This document shows positions 17,886 to 26,724 of a stretch of 64,000 bases of DNA, piece after piece. The notes under the pieces are model-generated. The model searched no databases, was not told the DNA's origin, and was given only the letters and a program-made list of their open reading frames with translations. Every line of letters begins with the position of its first letter. Position 1 is the stretch's first letter. The position numbers and the translations under genes were made by a program. The stretch comes from Clostridia bacterium (lineage in GTDB: Bacteria > Bacillota > Clostridia > Oscillospirales > Acutalibacteraceae), in NCBI GenBank assembly GCA_017450185.1, contig JAFSWN010000071.1, positions 715 through 64,714 on the forward strand, in the 5' to 3' direction.

Positions 17886-18028
17886 GTATTCATACCTCCG
17901 AATATGGTTTATTTCAGGTACATTTCCCTGATTTAATTATACATGAAAGAAAAACCTTTGTCAATAAATCCGTCTCAATAATTCATGACGGAAGAATAAA
18001 ATTTTCCGCTGTTTTTTTGTGTAATATA

Positions 18029-18057
18029 TTGACAATAAAATAAATAATAATTACAAT
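18029..18057 (+). promoter_or_regulatory. Candidate sigma-A promoter for the 18090 operon
   Basis: TTGACA, 17 nt, TACAAT. AAAGGAG RBS before ATG 18090. Confidence 0.5.
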
Positions 18058-18089
18058 CGTTATATGACCTGCGCAAAGGAGAAGACAAA

Positions 18090-19949
18090 ATGGCACAGCT
18101 CAAAATGTATTGGTTCCCCGATACGCCTATTGACGATCCCCCTCTTCCGGATGGATATTCGATCTCGACCTACAAAACGGGATCCGATAAGCTCGCCTGG
18201 TGCGAATGCTGCAAAAACGGTCTTATCGGAGACGACGCCGGAGTCGAGGCCTTTGACAACGATATAACGGACCGCGAGGATATCGATCTTTACAATGACG
18301 TATTTTATCTCGATTATCTCGGAGAGCATATCGGCACGATAACAGCCTACGTTATCAAAGAACACAATATCGGCGACGTGCATATGGTTGGCATACGCAC
18401 CGATTTCAGGGGCAGGGGCCTTTCAAAATACATGATGGCCGCCGCTCTGAAGCACCTGAAGGAAAAGGGCGTAAAATATGCCCTGCTGACCACCGACGAA
18501 TGGCGCAAGGGCGCAGTTAAATCGTATCTCACCGCGGGCTTCCTTCCCGTGGAATACAACGTCGGCATGGAGCTGAGGTGGAGAGCCGTGCTTGAGGACT
18601 ACGGCATAGACGAGGTCCGGATGGTGTATGACGACGCTTCGCCCTACAAAACGATATACCGCGCGGGCATCCCTCAGAAAAAGATAAAAGTGGGAGTCTT
18701 CGGAGCCGGAAGAGGCAGGACTATGATGGAATACTGCAAGGTTTCCGGCACGGCCGAGCTTACGGCGGTTTGCGACAAATACGCCGATAAGCTTGAAAAT
18801 CTGAAAGAAAAGTTCGGAGAGGAAGTTGCCTGCTACTCGGAATTCGACGAATTCATAAAGCACGATATGGATCTTGTTGTGCTCGCGAACTACGCGAACG
18901 AGCACGCCCCCTACGCTATAAAAGCGATGAAAGCGGCCAAGAACGTTTTAAGCGAGGTGCTGCCCGTCCAAAACATGAAGGAGGCCGTGGAGCTTGTTGA
19001 AACGGTTGAAGAGACGGGAAAGCTCTACGCCTACGCCGAAAACTACGCCTATATGCCGGCGCCGAAGAAAATGAGGGAGCTTTATAAGGAAGGCAGGCTC
19101 GGAAAATTTGAATACGGCGAGGGCGAATACATGCACAACTGCGAGCCCGGCTGGCACAGATATACGAGAGCCGACAAAAACCACTGGCGCAACACGATGA
19201 GCGCGTTTTACTACTGCACGCACTCCTTGGGGCCGCTCATCCACATAACGGGACTGCGACCCGTAAGCGTTACGGGCTTTGAGGCTCCGTTCAACGACAG
19301 GATGATGCGAATGGGAGCGAAAGCGGGAGCCTTCGGCGTTGAGATGGTCACCCTTGAAAACGGCGCGATACTCAAAAGCCTTCACGGCGTCGGCCCATCC
19401 AAAAACTCGGTGTGGTACAGCATATACGGCTCGAAGGGCCGCATGGAAAGCTCACGCGAGGATGCGATGCTCGGCGGAGTGCAGAAGCTCTATGTGAACC
19501 TTGACGAAAACGAGGGAGACAACAAAAGCGAGGCAAGAGAGCACCGTGTGGACGACGGGCTCTCGGCGATAGCGGAAAACTCGGGGCACGGAGGCTCGGA
19601 CTACTATGTGATGCACAACGTGACCGAAGCGCTCAGAGGCAACAAAAACGTGGATATAATTGACGTTTACGAAGCGCTCGACATGTTTTTGCCCGGACTT
19701 TTCGCCTACCGCTCGGCGCTTAAAGGAGGCGCTCCCGAAAGAATACCGAATCTCAGGAACAAAAACGAACGGGACGAGTGGAGGAACGACACCGAGTGCA
19801 CCGACCCCGCCGCCGCCGGCAAAATGCTGATACCAAGCTATTCAAAGGGGAACCCCGACATACCTGATGAGGTTTACGAAAGCTTAAGCAAATACGACCC
19901 CGCAAGGGACGTAAATATAGATTACAAAAACGAACTCAAAAACAAATAA
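18090..19949 (+). CDS. GNAT N-acetyltransferase fused to a Gfo/Idh/MocA-family oxidoreductase
   Basis: N-terminal ~185 aa has the GNAT acetyl-CoA motif IRTDFRGRGLSKYMMAAALKHLKEKG. From KIKVGVFGAGRGRTMMEY onward it is a Rossmann Gfo/Idh/MocA fold. Confidence 0.8.
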   Translation: MAQLKMYWFPDTPIDDPPLPDGYSISTYKTGSDKLAWCECCKNGLIGDDAGVEAFDNDITDREDIDLYNDVFYLDYLGEHIGTITAYVIKEHNIGDVHMVGIRTDFRGRGLSKYMMAAALKHLKEKGVKYALLTTDEWRKGAVKSYLTAGFLPVEYNVGMELRWRAVLEDYGIDEVRMVYDDASPYKTIYRAGIPQKKIKVGVFGAGRGRTMMEYCKVSGTAELTAVCDKYADKLENLKEKFGEEVACYSEFDEFIKHDMDLVVLANYANEHAPYAIKAMKAAKNVLSEVLPVQNMKEAVELVETVEETGKLYAYAENYAYMPAPKKMRELYKEGRLGKFEYGEGEYMHNCEPGWHRYTRADKNHWRNTMSAFYYCTHSLGPLIHITGLRPVSVTGFEAPFNDRMMRMGAKAGAFGVEMVTLENGAILKSLHGVGPSKNSVWYSIYGSKGRMESSREDAMLGGVQKLYVNLDENEGDNKSEAREHRVDDGLSAIAENSGHGGSDYYVMHNVTEALRGNKNVDIIDVYEALDMFLPGLFAYRSALKGGAPERIPNLRNKNERDEWRNDTECTDPAAAGKMLIPSYSKGNPDIPDEVYESLSKYDPARDVNIDYKNELKNK

Positions 19950-19962
19950 AGGAGAAACCGTT

Positions 19963-21144
19963 ATGGCAGAAAAAGTAAAACTCGGAATCGTGGGCGTGGG
20001 CAATATGGGCCGCGGCCACATCAACAACTACGTCGAAGGCCTTATGCCGGAGATCGAGATAACCTGCGTCGCCGATATCGATGAAAGCAAATTTGCCTTT
20101 GCCGAGGAGAAGATCCCCGGAGTGAAGTGCTTCAAAACAGCGACCGAGATGTTTGATTCGGGCCTTTGCGACGCCGTGCTGATAGCCACTCCCCACTACT
20201 TCCATCCCCCTATGGCGAGAGAAGCGATGGAAAAGGGACTGCACGTTATGAGCGAGAAGCCCGCGGGAGTGTATACTAAGAGCGTCAGAGAGCTTATCGA
20301 GTTCACAAAGACCTCCGACAAGACCTACGCTATCATGTTTAATCAGCGCACGAACTGCCTGTACAGAAAAATGAAGGAGCTTATTGAATCCGGAAAGTAC
20401 GGAGAGATCAAGCGCGTGAGCTGGATAATCACCGACTGGTTCCGCACCCAGCAGTATTACAACTCCGGTTCCTGGCGCGCCACATGGGAAGGCGAAGGCG
20501 GAGGCGTTATGCTCAACCAGTGCCCCCATCAGCTTGATTTATGGCAGTGGCTGTGCGGTATGCCCACGAAGATAAGAGCTTTCTGCCACGAGGGAAAATG
20601 GCACGATATAGAGGTTGAGGACGACGTTACTATCTATGCCGAATACGCAAACGGCGCAACCGGTACGTTCATTACCACCACCGGCGACACTCCCGGTTCT
20701 AACCGCCTTGAGATAACTCTTGACAGGGCCAAGCTTTTATGTGATTTTATAAACCCCTACGAGGGCGAGCATCAGCTTTGGGTGTATGAGCTGAACGATT
20801 CCACCCGCAACTATATCTACTCTGCCGGCGACGGTTTTTCAAGGCCTTCGGGCGAATGGAAAAAAATCGATACCGACGGCAAAAACGAGCAGCACGTGGG
20901 CGTTATGAACGCCTTCGCCGCGCATATCTTAAGGGGCGAGCCTCTTATTGCCGAAGGCGCGGAGGGCATAAACGGCCTTATGATTTCAAACGCCGCTTTC
21001 CTTTCATCCTGGCTCGGCAAGGAAGTTGAGCTGCCGATAGACGAGGACCTCTTCTTTGAGCTCCTTCAGGGCAAGATCAAAAACTCCACCCACAAAAAGG
21101 TTGTAAACGAACAGATAGAGGGCGACATGCGCTCCACCTATTAA
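19963..21144 (+). CDS. Gfo/Idh/MocA-family oxidoreductase
   Basis: MAEKVKLGIVGVGNMGRGHINNY Rossmann N-terminus and EKP motif (MSEKPAG). Confidence 0.85.
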   Translation: MAEKVKLGIVGVGNMGRGHINNYVEGLMPEIEITCVADIDESKFAFAEEKIPGVKCFKTATEMFDSGLCDAVLIATPHYFHPPMAREAMEKGLHVMSEKPAGVYTKSVRELIEFTKTSDKTYAIMFNQRTNCLYRKMKELIESGKYGEIKRVSWIITDWFRTQQYYNSGSWRATWEGEGGGVMLNQCPHQLDLWQWLCGMPTKIRAFCHEGKWHDIEVEDDVTIYAEYANGATGTFITTTGDTPGSNRLEITLDRAKLLCDFINPYEGEHQLWVYELNDSTRNYIYSAGDGFSRPSGEWKKIDTDGKNEQHVGVMNAFAAHILRGEPLIAEGAEGINGLMISNAAFLSSWLGKEVELPIDEDLFFELLQGKIKNSTHKKVVNEQIEGDMRSTY

Positions 21145-21163
21145 GAAAAGGAGAAATAATACC

Positions 21164-21958
21164 ATGATGAAAATCGGCGTTATTCCGGATTCCTTCCAGG
21201 TACCGTTCAAAGAGGCGGTCATTCTTGCGAGAGACCTCGGAGCAAAGGGACTTCAGCCCTACGTTACCGGGGGTGAGCTGGCTCCCGAAAACCTCAGCAA
21301 GCAGGACAGGGCGGACATACTCAAATACGTCAAGGACAACGGCCTTGTTTTCTCGGCCCTGTGCGCGGACTTCGGACTGCACTTCAACGAGAAGGGCACC
21401 AACGAAGAGGGCATTCAGCGCACCATGCGCATGATGGACCTCGCGCTTGACTTTGACACGCACGTTATCACAACTCACATAGGCAAGGTCCCGATGGACG
21501 AAAATTGCGAGGACTATCAGAACATGCTGCTCACTATAGAGCGTCTCGGCAAATACGGCGACGAAATAGGCGTTGCGTTCGCCACCGAGACCGGCCCAGA
21601 AAAGGCCCCTATTCTCAAGGGAATTCTTGACAAGGCGAACACAAAGAGCGCGAAGGTGAACCTCGACCCCGCAAACTTTGTTATGTGCTCCGCGCAGAAC
21701 CCCGCCGAGGCGGTTTACCTGCTCAAGGACTACATCGTTCACACTCACGCCAAGGACGGCATTATGATAGACGAGCACAATTATCAGGAAAAGATACTCG
21801 GCGAGGGCGACGTGATCTTCCCGGAATACCTTGCGGCTCTCAAGGACGTGGGCTACGACGGATTCCTCACAATAGAGCGCGAAGCGGGAGCCACGCGTTT
21901 TGCCGACATAAAGCACGCGGTGAGCTTTTTGACCGAAAATCTCAAAAAACTGTATTAA
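21164..21958 (+). CDS. Sugar phosphate isomerase/epimerase (xylose-isomerase-like TIM barrel)
   Basis: 264 aa. Motifs such as ATETGPE, HTHAKDG and LTIERE are typical of AP-endonuclease-2/xylose-isomerase-like TIM barrels. Confidence 0.8.
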   Translation: MMKIGVIPDSFQVPFKEAVILARDLGAKGLQPYVTGGELAPENLSKQDRADILKYVKDNGLVFSALCADFGLHFNEKGTNEEGIQRTMRMMDLALDFDTHVITTHIGKVPMDENCEDYQNMLLTIERLGKYGDEIGVAFATETGPEKAPILKGILDKANTKSAKVNLDPANFVMCSAQNPAEAVYLLKDYIVHTHAKDGIMIDEHNYQEKILGEGDVIFPEYLAALKDVGYDGFLTIEREAGATRFADIKHAVSFLTENLKKLY

Positions 21959-21970
21959 GAGGTAAGTATT

Positions 21971-23029
21971 ATGGCGCTTAAAATAGGTATAATCGGAAAC
22001 GGCGGCATAGCCAACAGCCATATGCACGGCTATATTCAGCTCGGAAACAGAGTGGAAGTGGTGGCTTGCTGCGACATAAATTTTGAAAAAGCGAAGCAGT
22101 TCGGCGAAAGATACGGGATAAAGAACGTTTACGACAACTGCTACGATATGCTGAAAAACAACGAGCTCGACGCCGTGAGCGTTTGCACATGGAACGCCGC
22201 GCACTGCGAATGCACCGTGGCGGCGCTTGAAGCAGGATGCAACGTTCTCTGCGAAAAGCCGATGGCAATGAACGCCGAAGAAGCGAAAAAGATGCAGGCC
22301 GCGGCGGAAAAAGCCGGAAAGCTGCTGATGCTCGGCTTTGTGAGAAGGCAGGGCGACGACGCGAGAAAGGCGCTTGAGCTTTCGAAAAACGGAACACTCG
22401 GCGACGTATATTTTGTTAAGGCAACCTATCTCAGACGCTGCGGCTTCCCCGGAGGATGGTTCGGCAACAAAGCCCTTTCGGGCGGCGGCCCCCTCATTGA
22501 CCTGGGAGTGCACGTAATCGACCTTGCCCGCTACATCATGGGCTGCCCGAACCCCGTTTCGGTTTACGGCGCAACCTTCAACAAGCTGGGCGCGCGAGAC
22601 GACATAAACAACGGCGGCGGATGGCAGAGCGAGACCGTTGTTGACAAGCCCGTTTTCAACGTTGAGGATCTTGCGGTGGCAATGATCCGCTTCGACAACG
22701 GCGCGGTGCTGGAGGTTGAAACAAGCTTCAACCTGAACCTCAAAAACGAGGTGGGCAACGTTGAGGTGTTCGGCTCGAAGGCAGGCTTCAATTTCAACGA
22801 TTTTGAGCTCTACACCGTTAAGGACAACGAGCTTGCCGACGTCAAGCTCTACGGTAAGCACAATTTTGAATTCCAGCCCGACTTCGACCGCGAGATCGCC
22901 AATTTTGTTGACTCGGTCGAAGGAAAAGCAGAGTGCATGGCCCCCGCAAAGGACGGCGTTGCGCTGATGAAGATACTTGACGCGGTTTATCTCTCGGCGA
23001 AAACCGGAAAGAGCGTGGATATTGATTGA
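21971..23029 (+). CDS. Gfo/Idh/MocA-family oxidoreductase
   Basis: MALKIGIIGNGGIANSHMHGY Rossmann N-terminus and CEKPMA motif. Confidence 0.85.
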   Translation: MALKIGIIGNGGIANSHMHGYIQLGNRVEVVACCDINFEKAKQFGERYGIKNVYDNCYDMLKNNELDAVSVCTWNAAHCECTVAALEAGCNVLCEKPMAMNAEEAKKMQAAAEKAGKLLMLGFVRRQGDDARKALELSKNGTLGDVYFVKATYLRRCGFPGGWFGNKALSGGGPLIDLGVHVIDLARYIMGCPNPVSVYGATFNKLGARDDINNGGGWQSETVVDKPVFNVEDLAVAMIRFDNGAVLEVETSFNLNLKNEVGNVEVFGSKAGFNFNDFELYTVKDNELADVKLYGKHNFEFQPDFDREIANFVDSVEGKAECMAPAKDGVALMKILDAVYLSAKTGKSVDID

Positions 23030-23385
23030 CGCGTCTTCTTCTTCGTCCGCACCACGTTTTCTGCCTTAAGTTTTTCGAGGGCATGGGCTACAGCGAAGAT
23101 TTCGTGAAAGGAGCGGAAAAAATCCTCGGCGAACTGAAAAAAGACCCGGTCTTTACCGTTGCCGAAAAAGATGATCAGCTCTGCGAAAACTGCCCTCACG
23201 CTCGGGGCGGATGCGACTTCAAAGAGAAGGTCTTGCGTTACGACGCTCTCGCTGTAAAGGCTCTGGGCGTCAGCCCCGGGGAGAGCTTCAACTTCGATTC
23301 CCTCGGAAAAGAGACCGCAAAACAGATGATACAAAATATTTGCGCCGACTGCGAGTGGTACGGCATTTGTTCAGTAACAGAGTAA
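23026..23385 (+). CDS. Small Cys-rich protein, DUF1284-like
   Basis: RPHHVFCLKFFEGMGYS start plus CENCPHARGGC and CADCEWYGIC cysteine clusters. TTG start overlaps the upstream TGA. Family assignment is from memory only. Confidence 0.5.
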   Translation: MTRLLLRPHHVFCLKFFEGMGYSEDFVKGAEKILGELKKDPVFTVAEKDDQLCENCPHARGGCDFKEKVLRYDALAVKALGVSPGESFNFDSLGKETAKQMIQNICADCEWYGICSVTE

Positions 23386-23389
23386 TAAC

Positions 23390-23421
23390 GGGGATGTTGC
23401 ATTATGTTTTGCAACATCCCC
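23390..23421. terminator. Bidirectional stem-loop between convergent genes
   Basis: GGGGATGTTGCA, 8-nt loop, TGCAACATCCCC: perfect 12-bp stem. It also marks the start of the AT-rich patch. Confidence 0.7.
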
Positions 23422-23432
23422 TGTTTATATAT

Positions 23433-26400
23433 TTAACTGCTAAAGCCTTTTGTCAGTACCATGTCAATACTGTATTCCATTTCAGGGAGATACATATTCG
23501 GACACAGTAAGTTATATGAACAACCGCACAATGATCGAAACGCGTTATACTGATTTCTTGTAGCCTCAACATATGTTATTTCAATCTTCGAAGTGGTTGT
23601 TATTCCGTCTGAAAAGGCGCGTTCAAATATACAACTCGAAAGATTTCCGTTTGTATCATACTCAAAAAACGCAGAAAAGTCAAAAGGAGCAAGTTGAATT
23701 GACGATTCATCATATGAGCGAGCTGTTGATATCTCAGCAAGGAATCCTGCCTCATCATATAAGTATGAAAGCTCCATTGAACCGGCATAATTCGTACTTG
23801 TTATCGAGGCTTTTGTTATCCTATCGCTATTATTGCCTTCTTCATAGAAGTATTCTGCGATCTCCTCATAAGAGGAATCAGAGCGCTTTGCGGAAACCGC
23901 TTCCCCGGAATCAGAATATTCAATATTGATATATTCCCCGGATGTAACCTCATCAGCCTTAATAGCTACCAGATTCCCTCTCGCATCAAAATCAGCCGAT
24001 GAAACCGCTTCCGAATACTGACTATCATAGAACCTGGTGTTTATATTACATTTATTTAACACATCGTTTTCATAAACAAAACTATGTTCGCTGATACCGA
24101 AAGATTCATTGTTGTTTCCGTTTATTATCTTACCGTTCTCGTCAAAATTATAATTTTTTGACGAAGACTCCAGATAATCTCGAAAGATTGAGAACAATTT
24201 CCAGTACCGTAAATCATTCTCACTGTCATACGCGAGACCTATGTGGAAGCAATACCGACTTGTTTTGCCTCCGTATGTTTTTGTTATTTGAGCGCAATAG
24301 CTGCCGTCTGAAAAAGGAATATAATCTATCCGTCGCTCCTCATAAGGAGGAATACCTGTACCGGTGCTTTGCCTCGCAAGCAGATAAAGCTGTTCATCGT
24401 CAAAATAACAGTCGCTTGTTGAAACCGAATAATCCATGGTTCTGTCGAAAACATTTTCAACGATCCATGGGATCCAGTATTCTGAATTACCCGGCGCGGC
24501 AACAAATCCGGGTTCTTCGTCCCAACCCAGATCCAACCGGGACCAATCATTTTTGTCTTGGTCGGAGGGACTTGCGTAATATTTATATAACCCGTCGTAT
24601 CGCCATGTTGACAGGACATATTGCGTCATCAAAGCATCAAAATCAACATCCGTGAAGTCAACCTGAGAGCGCTCCATTCCGTTTATATCGAAAGTGGCGT
24701 CATACATTTTTTCAAACTCAGCAAAATCGCTTTCCGTTGCGGTTAATAAAGCTTTGTTTTCTCCGCCGTGCTCAGAAGGTCCCCCCTGCTCAATTGTTAA
24801 GCTGTTATCTGTCCATGTCAATGAATACTCCGTACCCCATGAAGGCTGTTCCGCAGCGTCTCTAACTGTTATCCTGATTGGGACATAATAATTTTTCCGG
24901 TTAGGTGTTTCATTCTTCTGCATTAAAATCGCATTACCCAGATTTAACATAGGATATGTATTACCGGAATCATCACCCACACCAACGGCTTTAGTAGTAC
25001 TGCTTTCAATCAATATTCCTTTTACTTTCGCTGAAGTTAAACCCGGGTTAACAGCCCATAAAAGAGCTGCGCTTCCGGAAACCATTGGCGCCGAATAAGA
25101 CGTACCCGGTCCTATATCATAACCGTCATTTGTTTTTGAACTGAAAATGCCTTCACCGGGAGCACAAATATCAATAGAATTTCCGAAATTGGAAAAATCG
25201 GTCATTACATAATAACCATCATCGTTTTTTTCGTTTTTCACAGCGCCGACAATTAATATATGTTCTTTTATTCTGTCATAACTAATTCCTGATTCAGATA
25301 GTCTAGCTATACGGTCTTCTCCTAACATACTGTAAAGGTCATTATTTATTGAACAATATGCCCCTTCATATTCTGCTTCATAACCCGGTCCATGAGTAGC
25401 ATTATCATAGCCATTACCAGCCCCTTGTACAATAAGGAAATCATCCGGGTTATTAAGCATCAGTTCTATCAAAATATTCATACATTCCATACCTGTGCGC
25501 TTTGCGACAGCCTTACAATAATTCATATAACTGTCATAAGCACCGGACGTATGCACCTCAAGATACTGTAACAAAAAAAGCAAATCATTACTTTTACCAT
25601 ATAAATCTTCTGTAAAATACATTTTAGAATAGATTATATTTATTGCCCAAGAATTATTAATAACTTTTACTCCGCTTTCTATCAATTTTTTTGTTATTTC
25701 GATATATTCACCGGTTGACAAATAATCAACATATCTTTTTTTATCATTTTTATCATTTGTTATCGGGTTCCAATCCACGCATACCAGATCTGAGTTTTCC
25801 GCAATCCCTCGAAATCCAACCCCATTTCCGCCTTTCGCCCCTATAATGCCTGCAATCATAGTACCGTGATCTGATTCACTGTTCATTTGGTAGTCATCGA
25901 GAAAACTTATTTTTCCTGATAATTCAACATGATCTTCATCAAAACCACTATCTATTATTCCAACCTTGATCAATGAAACATCATTCAGGTTATCCCATGC
26001 TGTATACGCGCCAATTGCTTCTGCCCACCAATCATTCCCGTCAGGTTTTTCTTCAAAACCAATCTCGTTATCCGGTTTTTTTGGATCCATGCTCCACGGG
26101 TCATCCGATATGGATGAATCTGTCAGCTGGATCGGATAATCATATCCGGCGAACAGTACATTTTCATCTTCCATAAGGGCATTTGCCATTTCATTTAATT
26201 CTTCAAGTGAACTCTCCTTAACTTTTATTTGCAAAGCATTTACGGAACCACTGATCTCACCGACTATAGTTCCGTTAACTGTATCTGTCAACCCCTTAAT
26301 TGTTTTCTCGTCCGGATCGGAGAATGTGTAAACTATCAAGAGATCATTAAAATACATAACATTATCATTATAATCGTACTCTATTTGATTTATATCCGGA

Positions 26401-26627
26401 TGATATGAATAATCACCATTTGAATATCTTAAATTGTGTTCCGCCATATTTTCGTTTTCGCGCACATCAAACGTTCCGAGACCGTCAGATACATTGCCTG
26501 AATTCTGATTAGAATCCGTTTCATTAAACTTATTATTACAAGCGCACAATATGAAAAGAACAGCAAAAACCGTAAACACGGTTAAGATTGCTTTATTTTT
26601 CAAGAAAAACTTATTCCGAATATACAT
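23433..26627 (-). CDS. Subtilisin-like (S8) serine peptidase lipoprotein with long C-terminal extension containing YD-like motifs
   Basis: Catalytic triad contexts IIDSGFDEDH, SDHGTMIAGIIGA and GTSYSAPMVSGSAALL. Lipobox FILCAC. ATG 26627 is preceded by GGAGG. C-terminal FDENGKI, FDARGNLV, YDEAGFL and YDTNGNL motifs. Confidence 0.85.
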   Translation of the reverse strand: MYIRNKFFLKNKAILTVFTVFAVLFILCACNNKFNETDSNQNSGNVSDGLGTFDVRENENMAEHNLRYSNGDYSYHPDINQIEYDYNDNVMYFNDLLIVYTFSDPDEKTIKGLTDTVNGTIVGEISGSVNALQIKVKESSLEELNEMANALMEDENVLFAGYDYPIQLTDSSISDDPWSMDPKKPDNEIGFEEKPDGNDWWAEAIGAYTAWDNLNDVSLIKVGIIDSGFDEDHVELSGKISFLDDYQMNSESDHGTMIAGIIGAKGGNGVGFRGIAENSDLVCVDWNPITNDKNDKKRYVDYLSTGEYIEITKKLIESGVKVINNSWAINIIYSKMYFTEDLYGKSNDLLFLLQYLEVHTSGAYDSYMNYCKAVAKRTGMECMNILIELMLNNPDDFLIVQGAGNGYDNATHGPGYEAEYEGAYCSINNDLYSMLGEDRIARLSESGISYDRIKEHILIVGAVKNEKNDDGYYVMTDFSNFGNSIDICAPGEGIFSSKTNDGYDIGPGTSYSAPMVSGSAALLWAVNPGLTSAKVKGILIESSTTKAVGVGDDSGNTYPMLNLGNAILMQKNETPNRKNYYVPIRITVRDAAEQPSWGTEYSLTWTDNSLTIEQGGPSEHGGENKALLTATESDFAEFEKMYDATFDINGMERSQVDFTDVDFDALMTQYVLSTWRYDGLYKYYASPSDQDKNDWSRLDLGWDEEPGFVAAPGNSEYWIPWIVENVFDRTMDYSVSTSDCYFDDEQLYLLARQSTGTGIPPYEERRIDYIPFSDGSYCAQITKTYGGKTSRYCFHIGLAYDSENDLRYWKLFSIFRDYLESSSKNYNFDENGKIINGNNNESFGISEHSFVYENDVLNKCNINTRFYDSQYSEAVSSADFDARGNLVAIKADEVTSGEYINIEYSDSGEAVSAKRSDSSYEEIAEYFYEEGNNSDRITKASITSTNYAGSMELSYLYDEAGFLAEISTARSYDESSIQLAPFDFSAFFEYDTNGNLSSCIFERAFSDGITTTSKIEITYVEATRNQYNAFRSLCGCSYNLLCPNMYLPEMEYSIDMVLTKGFSS

Positions 26628-26644
26628 TATTACCTCCAAATAAA

Positions 26645-26672
26645 AAGAAGGATGTTTGAAAAAATCCTTCTT
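26645..26672 (-). terminator. Stem-loop plus U-run between the LRR gene and the S8 gene
   Basis: Minus strand reads AAGAAGGAT, 10-nt loop, ATCCTTCTT, then TTTTA. It lies only ~15 nt upstream of the S8 RBS. Confidence 0.55.
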
Positions 26673-26724
26673 TAATTTTTATATTTCATTTATTATTCTA
26701 TCTTTGATATTCCATCTTTTTTTA

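Noticed and set aside
21077-22861. 594-aa minus-strand ORF, the longest unexplained ORF in the track.
   Set aside because: It lies entirely antisense to two plus-strand genes that carry strong family motifs (TIM-barrel isomerase and Gfo/Idh/MocA). Its product is a low-complexity V/A/H/R-rich sequence with no RBS, typical of a stop-poor antisense frame in GC-rich coding DNA.
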